A DNA stretch of 64,000 nt. It comes from an uncultured delta proteobacterium. GTDB lineage: Bacteria; Myxococcota_A; Polyangia; Polyangiales; Polyangiaceae. Shown here piece by piece: positions 63,177 through 64,000 of the stretch. The number at the start of each line of letters is the position of its first letter. The first letter of the stretch is position 1. A model generated the notes under the pieces. It ran no database searches and was not told where the DNA came from. It saw nothing but the letters and a program-made list of their open reading frames with translations. The stretch is from contig CAVOKF010000003.1 in the NCBI GenBank assembly GCA_963696385.1, forward strand, positions 384,001 to 448,000. Direction: 5' to 3'. A program made the position numbers and the translations under genes.

Positions 63177-64000
63177 TCAGTACGTCGGGTCTGCAGTGCT
63201 GGACGAGTTCGGGACTGGAGGTGCCGGCGGCGGCGCTGGCCACGCCGGCAGCGTGCTCGGAAACCCGCTCGGTAGTGAGCTCGGGATGGCAGGAAAACCC
63301 GATGGCAGCGGCAATGCGGTCGGGAGAACGCTCGGGAACCCAGCAGGAAACGGAGGTAGCCCGTTCGGCAGCACCGATGGAAACGCGATAGGCGACGCCG
63401 GAGCCGAGACCCCCGCCGCCGACACGGCCGGCCGAGCGGGAGGCGTCGACCGCGACGGCGCTGCCGTGGCACGCGTTGGCGCCAGCACGGGCACATCGGT
63501 GCGGGTGAGTACCGGCGGCGCTTCGGTCGTCGGAACCGGAGGGGCGTTGGTCGGAACCGAATCGACCGCGGTAACTGGCGTGGGAGCACCGCCACCGGAG
63601 TTGGCCCCGCGGGTACCGATCCAGAGGGCGATCAGCCCGACGCCGAGCACCAGCGACAGCACCAGCAGCCCGGCCATGGCCGCGCGAGTGCGGTCCGGAT
63701 GCGCCATCCGAATCGGCGACGCCGCCATCTCCAGCGCTCCGGCATACGAGGACGGCGTCAGTGCCGTCGCGATCGGGGGAGCTCGGATGGTGTCGACGTG
63801 GGGCTCTGACTCGACGATACCGGCGGACGCGGTCTGACGACCGCCCCCGGTCGACGGCACCGCGATGCGCGCACCCGTCAGATCCACGGTCTTGCCCGGG
63901 TGTGCCCGACGCAGCAGCGACGACGATCCGGTCACGGAACGCCGTCCGAGCGCACTCTCGAGCGTTAGACGCATATCGGTCGCAGTCGGGAACCGAAGTT
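63177..64000 (-). CDS. C-terminal part of a probable membrane Ser/Thr kinase (5' end outside the window)
   Basis: Frame open to the edge with LRFPTATDMRLTL, matching the RFPSA/RFGSA kinase-domain ends of the other two kinases; TM; Pro-rich tail ending DPTY. Catalytic motifs not visible. Confidence 0.65.
   Translation of the reverse strand, partial: LRFPTATDMRLTLESALGRRSVTGSSSLLRRAHPGKTVDLTGARIAVPSTGGGRQTASAGIVESEPHVDTIRAPPIATALTPSSYAGALEMAASPIRMAHPDRTRAAMAGLLVLSLVLGVGLIALWIGTRGANSGGGAPTPVTAVDSVPTNAPPVPTTEAPPVLTRTDVPVLAPTRATAAPSRSTPPARPAVSAAGVSAPASPIAFPSVLPNGLPPFPAGFPSVLPTALPLPSGFPAIPSSLPSGFPSTLPAWPAPPPAPPVPNSSSTADPTY

Overview
GC-rich, gene-dense chromosomal segment whose gene content (eukaryote-like Ser/Thr kinases, PEGA/TPR proteins, a giant AgmK/GltI-like TPR protein, a GltJ/AgmX-like protein, a Cys-rich lipoprotein) points to Myxococcota, probably Polyangiaceae-like; this is an inference. 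Housekeeping genes: nadB, etfBA, dnaX-ybaB-recR, ridA, miaB, rlpA, polA, ihfA, queA-tgt, dprA-topA, greB and psd. No rRNA, tRNA, CRISPR array or mobile element was found. Main observations: (1) two paralogous, oppositely oriented cassettes each pair a membrane kinase with a TPR/PEGA envelope protein, and one adds a Cys-rich tandem-repeat lipoprotein. Their kinases, and a third at the window edge, end in a long Pro-rich linker with a shared D-[PF]-[GT]-[YI] tail, suggesting a trans-envelope signalling system. (2) Seven single-base frameshifts occur in otherwise intact genes, six at or beside GATCC/GGATC, best explained as methylation-driven sequencing errors. (3) A 12-unit Cys-rich array shows 240-nt higher-order periodicity. 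(4) A sigma54 promoter has an adjacent 17-bp palindrome. (5) recR lacks a canonical start codon. All calls come from reading motifs by eye; no database searches were run.
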